IMG/VR virus record: IMGVR_UViG_3300020043_001257
Coordinates: 1 to 33,233 of that record
Source: a virus
Lineage: Duplodnaviria > Caudoviricetes
DNA: 33,233 bases
Direction: 5' to 3' (one strand)
The translations under genes and the position numbers were made by a program. Of this stretch, positions 18,236 through 26,188 are shown in pieces (the first letter of the stretch is position 1; each line of letters starts with the position of its first letter). The notes beneath the pieces were generated by a model. It had not been told where the DNA came from and did no database searches. It worked only from the letters and a program-made list of their open reading frames with translations.

Positions 18236-21089
18236 CGGCTTCGACAATCTCGCGTCTGATTTTCATAACTGATACCCGCATCTGTGGTCCTTTGGTCTTG
18301 GCCATCATATCTTTCTTAAGATACTCCACGTTGTACAGTTGTTCAAGCTGGCGCTTAAATGACGAATACCCGAAGCTCATGGTGGCGCAGTACGCTTTGA
18401 GCAGTTGCTCCTCGATGAAGTAGTCGATGTGGTTGGGGACTGGCTCATGCTCCACCCGACCGAACACCTTGTTGCGCGTGATCGACAGATCGATGTCCTT
18501 GCCACTACCCAGTTCAGCCAGCAAGCCGCCCTTGCTAGGCTTAATCACCACGAAGCTGCCGTAGTTGTCACGGGTGTAGGAGTTCAGCACATCGACAGCA
18601 GTGCGCACACTGTTCTTCATACTGGCACGCATGTACTCCACGGCCTTCTTGTAAGAGTTCAAAACAGGGCGGAATGGGATGTCCACCACACCCAGCTCTT
18701 TAAACGCTTTGAGGGCGCACACACAGCAACCGATACCTGCCATCCAGAAGCGCTCATCGTTGGTTGCCTTGAACTCAGTGTACATACCGGCAACGGATTC
18801 GCCCACCATGGTGGGGAACTTCTCAAAGTTGTCAGCTAGGTACTGAGACAAAGCGTAGCCAGCCACGGCGTAGTTGTGCTGCAAAGACTTGATGATCTCG
18901 ATCTCATGGGGCTCCCATGACAACTCGTCTTCCAGAACAAACTCAAGCAGACGGCGCAGTTCACCCTCAGATGAATGAGTGCGGCCAGCAGTCAGGTAGT
19001 CCACAATGTGAGTGTTAGATGACATCAAGGCGCTAGTCATCCATGTAGACAAGTTCAAGCGCTCTTTGTTGGAGCCAGACTCCATACGCTCCTTGCCACG
19101 ACCCTCAGTCATGTCCAAGAGAAACTCAGGCAACCACTCAAAGTCGTCGCGGTTCTTGGATGTGATCTCGTCAGTAATCAGCGGATGGCTGTTGAGCAGA
19201 CCAAGGCGCTGTTGCATGGCGACAGGAGAAGTGCTCTTGCCTGTACGGTAGTGTGTTGGGTGCCCCCAGACGGATGCTGCGGCTTCGAGAGCCAAAGTCT
19301 TACCCGTCCCCGACTCCGTGGATGCACAATGGTACGTCATGCCGTAGATGCCTGTAAAGCGCATGAATGGAGCGCCAGCACCGGCAAGCAAAACGGCTAG
19401 GTGATCCCACATCTTCTTGGCGATCAGCATGTTGATGAACGCACGCCAAGCATCTATAGTGCCACGCGGCTCTGTGTTCTTGGTGATGTTCTCCAAGCCC
19501 GGCATCGGGACTTTAACTGGGGGTTTACCCTTAGTAAAGATACGACCCGCAAATACATACGAGTTGTCTGGTTGCCAACCATAGCTGTCAGGAACTTTGA
19601 TTGGGGTTTTGTTGGTGCTAGATTCTTCCACGCATGCCCTCACATATTCAAATAGGTTTTTGTCGTTGTTGTGGCCAAAAGCGGCCACGATGTTTTGACT
19701 AGCCAGTGCTTTGACTGTCTCGTCTTTGCTAACCACAGCCTTCTGCGGCATGGTTACGTTGATCGCACCTTCCGGCCTGAGCGCAATCATGTGCACGGTG
19801 TGGTCGTTGTTGCTGTTGAGGATGTCCACAACGAACAACTCGTAAGGCAACAGCATGACTTGCTTCTTGGACTTGACGCCCTCGTCGTCTTCTACTGTGC
19901 GCTCCATGAAGATGCCGCCGTTCGTGCCGTAGGCATAACCCCTTGGCGGTGTTGGGCGCATGACCTTGACGACTTCTTTCGCAGTCACAGCGCTATCGCT
20001 GGTGAGCTTGACCTCGATTTCTTTCTCTTCCACCTCGACAGACAACTCGCGCCCCAAGATCAAGGGGTTGGTGATCTTGCCCCAATGCGTGCAGTTAGGG
20101 CAGATGCCAGGGTTTTCGCTGTCCATCTTGACGCAGGGGTACGGACCCTTGATGCTTTGCAGCTTCTGGTTCATACGCTCTGGCTCGTACGGATGCATCT
20201 TGCTCAGCCACACAGCCGCCTTGTTGCCGTCTTCACAAACCTTCGCCCATGACAGCAAGCCCCTCCAGATCGGCTCCATGCCTTCTTCGGTTGCATGCTC
20301 GACGTAGTTCGCCAACTGACCACAACCGCGGTCGTTCTGCGTAGCCAACCAAATCGGTTTGAACTTGGTGATGCTGTTCTCGTAGAGCTTGACTGACGTA
20401 GCCGTGGGCGTTGCCTTTGCTGGACGCTGTCCGGGCAAGTCCAAGGATGGCGTAGCCATAGGCTCATAGATTGAGCCTGTGAGCTTTTCTCTAATGATTG
20501 TTGCCAACCCCTCGAAGCTGAACACATCGCCCTCAGTCAGTATGCGCACAGGGCGCGGCGTTGCGTACTTCTTCTTGAAGTTGGTTGTGTCAGGCACACG
20601 GAAAACTCGGGCGGCATCAGCTGTCACAGTCATGTCAATCGCCAGTTCTTCCTGCTTGCACAGGCGTTTAAAGTTCTCGGCAACAGGCTTCCATGTGTCG
20701 ATAGGCACGGCAGTAAGTAGCGGCCAGTAGCAGTGCAAACCGCCACCAGAACCCACCACATAAGGCGTACCCAAAGCGCCTAGCCCTGTCTTATCCAAGA
20801 ACGCATTGAGCGCAAGGGCAGCATCTTTCTTCGATGCGTAGCCGTCCATGTCAATGAACAGGGCTTTCACATACCTTGCGTTTGCGGCAGTACGGTTGTC
20901 TTCTTCGCCAAAGGTAGACAGGGCAAAGTAAACGTCGTACTTGTTGTCGTGCCAAGTTTTAATTGGCGCTGTTGTTTGATCAAGCGCGTTAACAAAGACG
21001 TGCTCTTTCTTCTTTGTAAATTCTGCTACGCAGTACCGACCAAATTCTGGCGGCGGCAGAACAACCGCTAAAAACTCAAGCGGAGTCAT
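18195..21089 (-). CDS. Primase-helicase (AEP/RepB-like primase + DUF927-like region + P-loop ATPase)
   Basis: AAGGA RBS. N-terminal LFIDMD, SGGGLHCYW and DAARVFRVP primase motifs; Cys cluster C..C.NC.H; Walker A STESGTGKT; Walker B LITDE. Confidence 0.88.
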   Translation of the reverse strand: MTPLEFLAVVLPPPEFGRYCVAEFTKKKEHVFVNALDQTTAPIKTWHDNKYDVYFALSTFGEEDNRTAANARYVKALFIDMDGYASKKDAALALNAFLDKTGLGALGTPYVVGSGGGLHCYWPLLTAVPIDTWKPVAENFKRLCKQEELAIDMTVTADAARVFRVPDTTNFKKKYATPRPVRILTEGDVFSFEGLATIIREKLTGSIYEPMATPSLDLPGQRPAKATPTATSVKLYENSITKFKPIWLATQNDRGCGQLANYVEHATEEGMEPIWRGLLSWAKVCEDGNKAAVWLSKMHPYEPERMNQKLQSIKGPYPCVKMDSENPGICPNCTHWGKITNPLILGRELSVEVEEKEIEVKLTSDSAVTAKEVVKVMRPTPPRGYAYGTNGGIFMERTVEDDEGVKSKKQVMLLPYELFVVDILNSNNDHTVHMIALRPEGAINVTMPQKAVVSKDETVKALASQNIVAAFGHNNDKNLFEYVRACVEESSTNKTPIKVPDSYGWQPDNSYVFAGRIFTKGKPPVKVPMPGLENITKNTEPRGTIDAWRAFINMLIAKKMWDHLAVLLAGAGAPFMRFTGIYGMTYHCASTESGTGKTLALEAAASVWGHPTHYRTGKSTSPVAMQQRLGLLNSHPLITDEITSKNRDDFEWLPEFLLDMTEGRGKERMESGSNKERLNLSTWMTSALMSSNTHIVDYLTAGRTHSSEGELRRLLEFVLEDELSWEPHEIEIIKSLQHNYAVAGYALSQYLADNFEKFPTMVGESVAGMYTEFKATNDERFWMAGIGCCVCALKAFKELGVVDIPFRPVLNSYKKAVEYMRASMKNSVRTAVDVLNSYTRDNYGSFVVIKPSKGGLLAELGSGKDIDLSITRNKVFGRVEHEPVPNHIDYFIEEQLLKAYCATMSFGYSSFKRQLEQLYNVEYLKKDMMAKTKGPQMRVSVMKIRREIVEADEVLLTAPSVGEG

Positions 21090-21104
21090 GGGAGTCCTTG
21101 CGGG

Positions 21105-21299
21105 TTAGAAGAGTTCGAGTTGGCGTGCGTCTGCGGTCAAGGCTTCATCAGGAGGAGCCATCACAGTCAAGCGTCTGAGGACTTCGTGTTGCCAAGCCTT
21201 GGGCATGCCTGCTGGCAGTTCCATCAGTTCAGCGCTGAAGCGAATCAGTTCTTGCGTGGTGAGGGATCGAGGTTGTATTCCGTACATATTTTTCTCCAT
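21105..21299 (-). CDS. Hypothetical protein
   Basis: 64-aa ORF packed in the operon, with GAGG upstream. It ends in QLELF, which resembles a beta-clamp-binding motif. Confidence 0.6.
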   Translation of the reverse strand: MEKNMYGIQPRSLTTQELIRFSAELMELPAGMPKAWQHEVLRRLTVMAPPDEALTADARQLELF

Positions 21300-21538
21300 G
21301 CCTCGTCTGCTGTGCGCGAGGTCTTCATTATGTGAGTTAAGAATTCGACGCGGTTACGATAGGCCACGAACACTTCCGTGCCTGTGAACCAGTTGTAAAC
21401 CGTCTGCCGAGAGACGCCGAGAGCATAGGCAATCTTCGTGACAGGGAAGTCAAGATGGATCGCCCAACGCCCAAGCTGGTTGCCCAGAGACTTGGGAGTC
21501 TTAGCTACTTCGTCAATGATTTTTTGTGAGTAGGCCAT
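21245..21538 (-). CDS. Cro/XRE-type helix-turn-helix protein
   Basis: VTKIAYALGVSRQTVYNWFTG HTH signature. Start placed at ATG 21538 (MAYSQK), because the longer ORF-track start runs through the structured RNA. Confidence 0.8.
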   Translation of the reverse strand: MAYSQKIIDEVAKTPKSLGNQLGRWAIHLDFPVTKIAYALGVSRQTVYNWFTGTEVFVAYRNRVEFLTHIMKTSRTADEAWRKICTEYNLDPSPRKN

Positions 21539-21547
21539 AGTTTGGGT

Positions 21548-21674
21548 GGGGGTACTCGCTGCACTGGTGAGATTCGAACTCACGGAGTTCCAAGCATTGC
21601 TCATGACAGCCCTTGAAACTCTTTAGTCATGTCACCAATAGACCTGACTCTGGCACAGCACAGGCTTTCCCCCC
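21548..21674 (-). ncRNA. tRNA-like structured RNA (no canonical anticodon arm, no CCA) closed by a loop-E-containing stem
   Basis: Acceptor UGUGCUG/CAGUGCA; U8; D arm CCAG-AGUCAGGUCUA-UUGG; T arm GUGAG-UUCGAAU-CUCAC; outer GGGGG-GAAAGC.../...GCGAGUA-CCCCC. It fills the intergenic gap almost exactly. Confidence 0.75.
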
Positions 21675-21681
21675 GATTCAG

Positions 21682-22662
21682 TTACTCATCGTCCCAATCA
21701 GCAACGATGTCGGCCAGCTTGTTCTTCTTAGCTGGGGCGGCTTCAACCTTGGCAGGAGCCTTGCGCACTTCTGGCTCTTCCTCAGCCTCGACTTCAACAG
21801 CCTTGGCTTTCTTAGGCTTGGCTTTGACTTCCGCCATAGCTTCGGCTTCATCTTCGTCCATCATCTCGCCCATGGGCTTGGCTACAGGGCGCTTGCCTTC
21901 GATAGCCAAAGGAGCAGGAGCAGTAACGCCATCAGCCGCGGCAGGGGTAGACGAGATAGCCTTCTCAGCATCCTTGGAAGTGCTTTGTGTCTGCACAATC
22001 TCGAACTCGTCATCAGTCAACCAACGCACAGGGGCGAAGATCAGCTTGGGTGACTCAGCCTTGGTGTCGAACTTCATGCGGGTCACGATGGAGTCCAAGT
22101 TGACTGGAGGAGTCTGAGCCGCCATAGCACGGGCGTATGCCTGCAAGGGGCGCTTGTCGCCTTCTTCTTTGCCGAAAATGGACGTAGCTGGCAGGGTCAA
22201 CTGCAACACGTCGCCATCGGGGTTGTTGGCCAACACCACAGCCAAGCGCTGTTGGTAGCGGCAAGCACGGCTGTTGCCGTTGCCTGAGCCTGCGATGTTT
22301 TGTGGGCATGTAGCACAGCTAGAAGACTGCTTGTTGCGCACGCCTGCATCGGGCTTCTCACCATCGTTGGATGTGCAGTCAGGCGCAGTAGCGGCGGCAT
22401 CCTTGTCGTAGGAGCCTGCGTAGAAGATACGGCTGACCTTGGGGGCAGCCTTAACCACGATGACATCCAAGTGGCGGTCTTCGATCGATGCGATCTCCTT
22501 GCCACCAGACAGCAAACGGAACACGCCACCCTTGATGGAGACGCGCTTCATGCCACCAGCGGCAGGTACGCCACCGGCCAAGGCCAAAGTAGTTGCAGAC
22601 AGAGCCGCGTTCTTAGCGAAGGCTGGCACATTTGAGGGGTTGAACATTGCGATGTTGCTCAT
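21682..22662 (-). CDS. Probable single-stranded DNA-binding/annealing protein with Zn-binding cysteines
   Basis: Located in the replication block. PDC.SNDG..P...SCATCPQN..GS....RACR Cys pattern, long Pro/Ala/Glu/Lys linker, acidic-aromatic C-terminus DWDDE. Confidence 0.5.
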   Translation of the reverse strand: MSNIAMFNPSNVPAFAKNAALSATTLALAGGVPAAGGMKRVSIKGGVFRLLSGGKEIASIEDRHLDVIVVKAAPKVSRIFYAGSYDKDAAATAPDCTSNDGEKPDAGVRNKQSSSCATCPQNIAGSGNGNSRACRYQQRLAVVLANNPDGDVLQLTLPATSIFGKEEGDKRPLQAYARAMAAQTPPVNLDSIVTRMKFDTKAESPKLIFAPVRWLTDDEFEIVQTQSTSKDAEKAISSTPAAADGVTAPAPLAIEGKRPVAKPMGEMMDEDEAEAMAEVKAKPKKAKAVEVEAEEEPEVRKAPAKVEAAPAKKNKLADIVADWDDE

Positions 22663-22674
22663 TTTGATTTCCAA

Positions 22675-23076
22675 TTAAGTAGGTTTGCGTACAGAGATGT
22701 CGTACTCAGATGCTGAGTTGAGGCCGGGCGGTACGACCCCGGGGTTTTCGTCCAAGAACTGCTTCATGTTTGTCTGAGCGATGCGCTTCTCCAAAAGCTC
22801 GATAGCTTCGTGGGCTATGACGAACTTCTTGAATTCGTCCCAGTCTTGGGTGGAATAACGCGTCTTCACAGACAGCACCACGGTGCCTTCTGGAGTTCGT
22901 ACAGATGTAACGCCAAGCGCTTTCATCTGGTCTTTCATTGCGTTCTTGATTTCTTCCTGTTGCGCCTTGAGCACTTCGACTTGCGTGTCGTACTCTTGGG
23001 TCAGGTCGGCAATCTTACTACGCAGTTTGCGGTAGATTTTTGCTAGTTTGTCTAGCGGTACTGAGTCTTCTGACAT
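22675..23076 (-). CDS. Phage replication-region coiled-coil protein of unknown function
   Basis: GGAG RBS. N-terminal coiled coil, SVRTPEGTV, DWDEF and PPGL motifs. Confidence 0.7.
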   Translation of the reverse strand: MSEDSVPLDKLAKIYRKLRSKIADLTQEYDTQVEVLKAQQEEIKNAMKDQMKALGVTSVRTPEGTVVLSVKTRYSTQDWDEFKKFVIAHEAIELLEKRIAQTNMKQFLDENPGVVPPGLNSASEYDISVRKPT

Positions 23077-23097
23077 TTGCTTCTCCGGTTTAATTAT

Positions 23098-23140
23098 TGT
23101 CTAAGGTTGGACAGTTTACATGTAATTTCTAGCGTTGCAA
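23098..23140 (-). promoter_or_regulatory. Candidate sigma70 promoter with downstream operator-like palindrome
   Basis: On the - strand: TTGCAA(23140-23135)-16 nt-TAAACT(23118-23113), abutting TGTCCA-ACCT-TAGACA (23113-23098). Confidence 0.55.
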
Positions 23141-23147
23141 CCCCCTT

Positions 23148-24707
23148 TCACGATTTAATTTCAGTTTCAAACATGTCGGTCAAAAGTAAGTTATCGCTAA
23201 CTTTCCCTGCCAACGCACTAAACATCTTCTTCTCAATCGGGCTACTCTGAATGTGAATCACAGTAACTTTGTCTGAGTCCTGCCCCTTGCGGTCAGCACG
23301 CGCACAGCACTGGATGTACTGCTCAACAGACATGAGTGGCCCGTAGAACACCACCGTATCAGCGGCTGTCAGCGTGATGCCGTGCGCAGAGGCCGCAGGC
23401 TGCATGACCAAGACCCGAGGGTCTGCTTCTGTTTGGAAGCGGTTAATCGTCTGACCACGCTTGCTTGGCGTTACGTCGCCGTGGATGCACTCGTTGACGA
23501 TACCCTTCTTGGTAAGGTACGTACTGATGGTGTCGATGGTGCTTCGGAACAAGGCGAAGATGATGACCTTGCGATCAGTCTCCTCCAAGATTTCTTCCAG
23601 CACCGCCAAGCGTGGCGCTGAGTCGAACTCAACCACTTCCTTGTCATCGGTGTACGCCGCACCGCAACTGATCTGCAACAGCTTGGATACGCCAGCGGCG
23701 GCATTGACTGCCGTGATGGTCTCGCCTGCGGCTTGCACCAGCATGCGGTCTTTGAGCATGTTGTAGTACTTGGCTTGCTGTGGGGTCAGCGCAACCTCAC
23801 GAGTCATGGTGATGACGGGCGGCAAGTCAAGGCACTGTGCTTTGGTAAAGCGTATCGCAGGCTGTAGTGCCTCGTGTACTTTCTCTTTGGCATCGAGCTT
23901 GGGCGCCCACTTGAACATCGTAACCTTGTTCATCACTTGATCGCGCCATGCCGTAAAGAACTTCGGCACGCCCTCGGGGTTCACCAACTTGGCCAAGCCA
24001 TACGCATCCACTGGTGACTGTGAGGCAGGGGTGCCCGTCATCATCCACAGGTATGTGTTCGGTGTAAGGATAGAGTTGAGTGACTTCCAGCGACGTGTCG
24101 TTGGTGTCTTGTACGCATTGGCTTCGTCAACAATCACAAGATCAAAGCGGCCATCGTTCTTCACCTCTTCGGCGATCAGGTTAAGACCTTCGTAGTTAGT
24201 GATGACGATCTCGTAGTCACGCTGAATCATCTCGATGCGGCGACTAGCCTGTGCATGGTGCGCGATAACGGCAGAGCGATGTATCACACTGTTGTTGATA
24301 TCACCCATCCACGCGCTGTGCATGATCGACAAGGGGCACAGAATCAAAACCCTACGCACCTTGCGTAGCTTCATCAGATAGTCAGCCGCCCAGAGGGCAG
24401 ACAGCGTCTTGCCTGTGCCGGGTTCGGAGAACACGAATGCTCTCCTGTACATCGTCAGGAACGCTGCCGTCTCGATCTGGTGAGCCATTGGTTTGTAACG
24501 ACCCGGCCAGTCGTAGCGCCTCGTGATTGGCGATGGTACATCCTTCACACCTAGATTACGCAAGACCCGCGCTTCGTCAAGTCCCCAATACACAGCAACG
24601 TCGTAGCCACCGTCTGCACGGGGCATGGCTTTGCTCTTAGGGATGATTGAGTATTTGTGCGGGTTCCTTGTTCGTAAGATAAGTGCTCTGTCTTCTACGA
24701 TTTCCAT
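23148..24707 (-). CDS. SNF2-type superfamily 2 helicase
   Basis: Motif I EPGTGKT, motif II VIVDEAN, motif III MTGTP, motif V AHGITLTAA, motif VI Q...RADRKGQ. GGAG RBS. Confidence 0.9.
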   Translation of the reverse strand: MEIVEDRALILRTRNPHKYSIIPKSKAMPRADGGYDVAVYWGLDEARVLRNLGVKDVPSPITRRYDWPGRYKPMAHQIETAAFLTMYRRAFVFSEPGTGKTLSALWAADYLMKLRKVRRVLILCPLSIMHSAWMGDINNSVIHRSAVIAHHAQASRRIEMIQRDYEIVITNYEGLNLIAEEVKNDGRFDLVIVDEANAYKTPTTRRWKSLNSILTPNTYLWMMTGTPASQSPVDAYGLAKLVNPEGVPKFFTAWRDQVMNKVTMFKWAPKLDAKEKVHEALQPAIRFTKAQCLDLPPVITMTREVALTPQQAKYYNMLKDRMLVQAAGETITAVNAAAGVSKLLQISCGAAYTDDKEVVEFDSAPRLAVLEEILEETDRKVIIFALFRSTIDTISTYLTKKGIVNECIHGDVTPSKRGQTINRFQTEADPRVLVMQPAASAHGITLTAADTVVFYGPLMSVEQYIQCCARADRKGQDSDKVTVIHIQSSPIEKKMFSALAGKVSDNLLLTDMFETEIKS

Positions 24708-24721
24708 TGCTTCTCCGAGGA

Positions 24722-24955
24722 TTATTTATTGTCTGCTCTGTTGGCAGATTTGCTACGCATACGCAAGTTACCTTTGGCTGATGTACCGCCTGAGCGCATG
24801 GGCTTGATGTGATCCACATCTTTGCCGTCGCCCTTGGTGGCAGCGCCCGTTTTCTCCATCATGCGACGAGCCTTAACGCGCTCTGCTCGCTTCTTGACTT
24901 GATCGGGCTTGCCTTGGTAGTTATCGTACTCTGACCGATAGTTACGTGTTGCCAT
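24722..24955 (-). CDS. Small HNH endonuclease-like protein
   Basis: DVDHIKPMRSGG..NLRMRSKSANR (H-N-N variant). GAGG RBS. Confidence 0.75.
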   Translation of the reverse strand: MATRNYRSEYDNYQGKPDQVKKRAERVKARRMMEKTGAATKGDGKDVDHIKPMRSGGTSAKGNLRMRSKSANRADNK

Positions 24956-24957
24956 GA

Positions 24958-25206
24958 TTAGACCTCTGTCAGTTTGACGTTGAAGAAGTAGTTGGGAGTA
25001 TCACGAATCCGCTCTGCACGAAACCCAGACTCAATCATTGCTTGGATCAGTGCTTCATTGCTGATGTATGAGCCAACTTGTCGCTCCGCTAAATGCTTCA
25101 AGCCATAGCTTGAGATGGTCTTGTTCATGGTCTTACGTGGGCGTGCAAAGCCTTCGTTGATCCAGAACTTAGCGTTCCTAACTTCTACTGGTGATGCTTC
25201 TACCAT
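24958..25206 (-). CDS. Hypothetical protein
   Basis: 82 aa, AGGAG RBS, fills the gap between the nuclease genes. SSYGLKH..E....YISN motif. Confidence 0.7.
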   Translation of the reverse strand: MVEASPVEVRNAKFWINEGFARPRKTMNKTISSYGLKHLAERQVGSYISNEALIQAMIESGFRAERIRDTPNYFFNVKLTEV

Positions 25207-25215
25207 GTCTATCTC

Positions 25216-25881
25216 CTAATGCTTAGGGTTGAACTCGCATCCGGTGACCTGACACCATCCGCAGAGTGGGGTTTGATTGGGGTTCCATACATCGTTCTCA
25301 AAGCATGCTTCAAGACGCGCAGTACGCTCACGATACTTCCACCAAAAGGCTTCGGCTTGATCGCGTGTCATCTGCATCTTGACCATATCATTTTTGACGA
25401 TGAACAGCAACGCAGAGTTAACTTTGCGGATGTGGGGAAAGTGCTGGAACACCATGAGCGACATGAGCACAAGCTGATCCCTGTCGGGGTACTTGTTGTT
25501 GCCAGTCTTCCAGTCTCCCACCCACGCCGTAAGGTTGTCGTCATCAACGATCAGAATGTCAGCGATGCCCCGCACCCAAACATCGGGTGCCTTCCAGTTA
25601 GTAGGCGTAAGGTCAGCGCGTAGCGCCATCTCGTACTCTGCTAACTTTCTGCCGGGCTTCTTGAGCATGGCGTCCACCACAGGCTTGAACTGCTCGTACT
25701 CAGGCGGTATAGGCTTTTGATCTCGGATGTAATCCTCGATAGCCTGATGTACCTGATTGCCGTAACGCGTGGCCTCAGTCTCTTGGAAGGGGTACTTCTT
25801 TAAGACCTTGACCTCGTGATACCTGCGCTGGCAGCCTTCAAAATCTTTGAGACTGCTGTGTGACCATGCTGGTTTTTTCAT
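25216..25881 (-). CDS. PD-(D/E)XK exonuclease (Cas4/RecB-like)
   Basis: WSHSSLKDFEGC, YGNQVH, RGIAD, DWKTG, QL..., C-terminal LCGWC....C. Confidence 0.88.
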   Translation of the reverse strand: MKKPAWSHSSLKDFEGCQRRYHEVKVLKKYPFQETEATRYGNQVHQAIEDYIRDQKPIPPEYEQFKPVVDAMLKKPGRKLAEYEMALRADLTPTNWKAPDVWVRGIADILIVDDDNLTAWVGDWKTGNNKYPDRDQLVLMSLMVFQHFPHIRKVNSALLFIVKNDMVKMQMTRDQAEAFWWKYRERTARLEACFENDVWNPNQTPLCGWCQVTGCEFNPKH

Positions 25882-26177
25882 TCGAACTTCGCTGTGTTAA
25901 TGGCTTTGTTAAGCCGTGATGCAAACGCGGATACAAAACGCTCGTCACGATACAAGGGGCTGTCCATGTCATGCAGGATTGCATGCGTAAGCTCATGCCA
26001 GAATGTGTCACCGACTTCGTGCTTTGAGAAAGGTTTGCCTGCGTGGTTGCGTGTACCGATACGAATGTGTTGCGCGTCGTAGTGCACACGCCCCATGTAG
26101 TTCTTATCGATCATGGCCTCAATGACCTCCACGCTGTACCAGTTTCTACCGACTCTAATTTTTGTTGGTAATCTCAA
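25878..26177 (-). CDS. Small HExxH metallopeptidase-like protein
   Basis: TFWHELTHAIL followed by DE.FV. AGGAG RBS with TTG start; ATGA overlap with the next gene. Confidence 0.7.
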   Translation of the reverse strand: MRLPTKIRVGRNWYSVEVIEAMIDKNYMGRVHYDAQHIRIGTRNHAGKPFSKHEVGDTFWHELTHAILHDMDSPLYRDERFVSAFASRLNKAINTAKFE

Positions 26178-26188
26178 TATTGCTTCTC

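Noticed and set aside
21539-21604. N-terminal extension of the HTH gene given by the ORF track
   Set aside because: It runs through the structured RNA and looks non-protein-like. ATG 21538 is preferred, though not proven.
21559-21662. Canonical tRNA, or an opal-suppressor/Sec tRNA (UUCAA in the loop)
   Set aside because: No 5-bp stem flanks a 7-nt loop around UCA, the loop is 18 nt, and there is no CCA. Reported as a tRNA-like RNA instead.
21548-21674. tmRNA
   Set aside because: Far too short, has a full D stem, has U3-G70/G4-U69 rather than G3-U70, and has no tag reading frame or CCA.
24722-24955. Mobile homing endonuclease or intron
   Set aside because: Only 77 aa, free-standing, and the neighbouring genes are uninterrupted; no intron or intein features seen in the polymerase or helicases.
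25216-25881. CRISPR-associated cas4
   Set aside because: Stand-alone PD-(D/E)XK nuclease in a phage replication block; no array or other cas genes.
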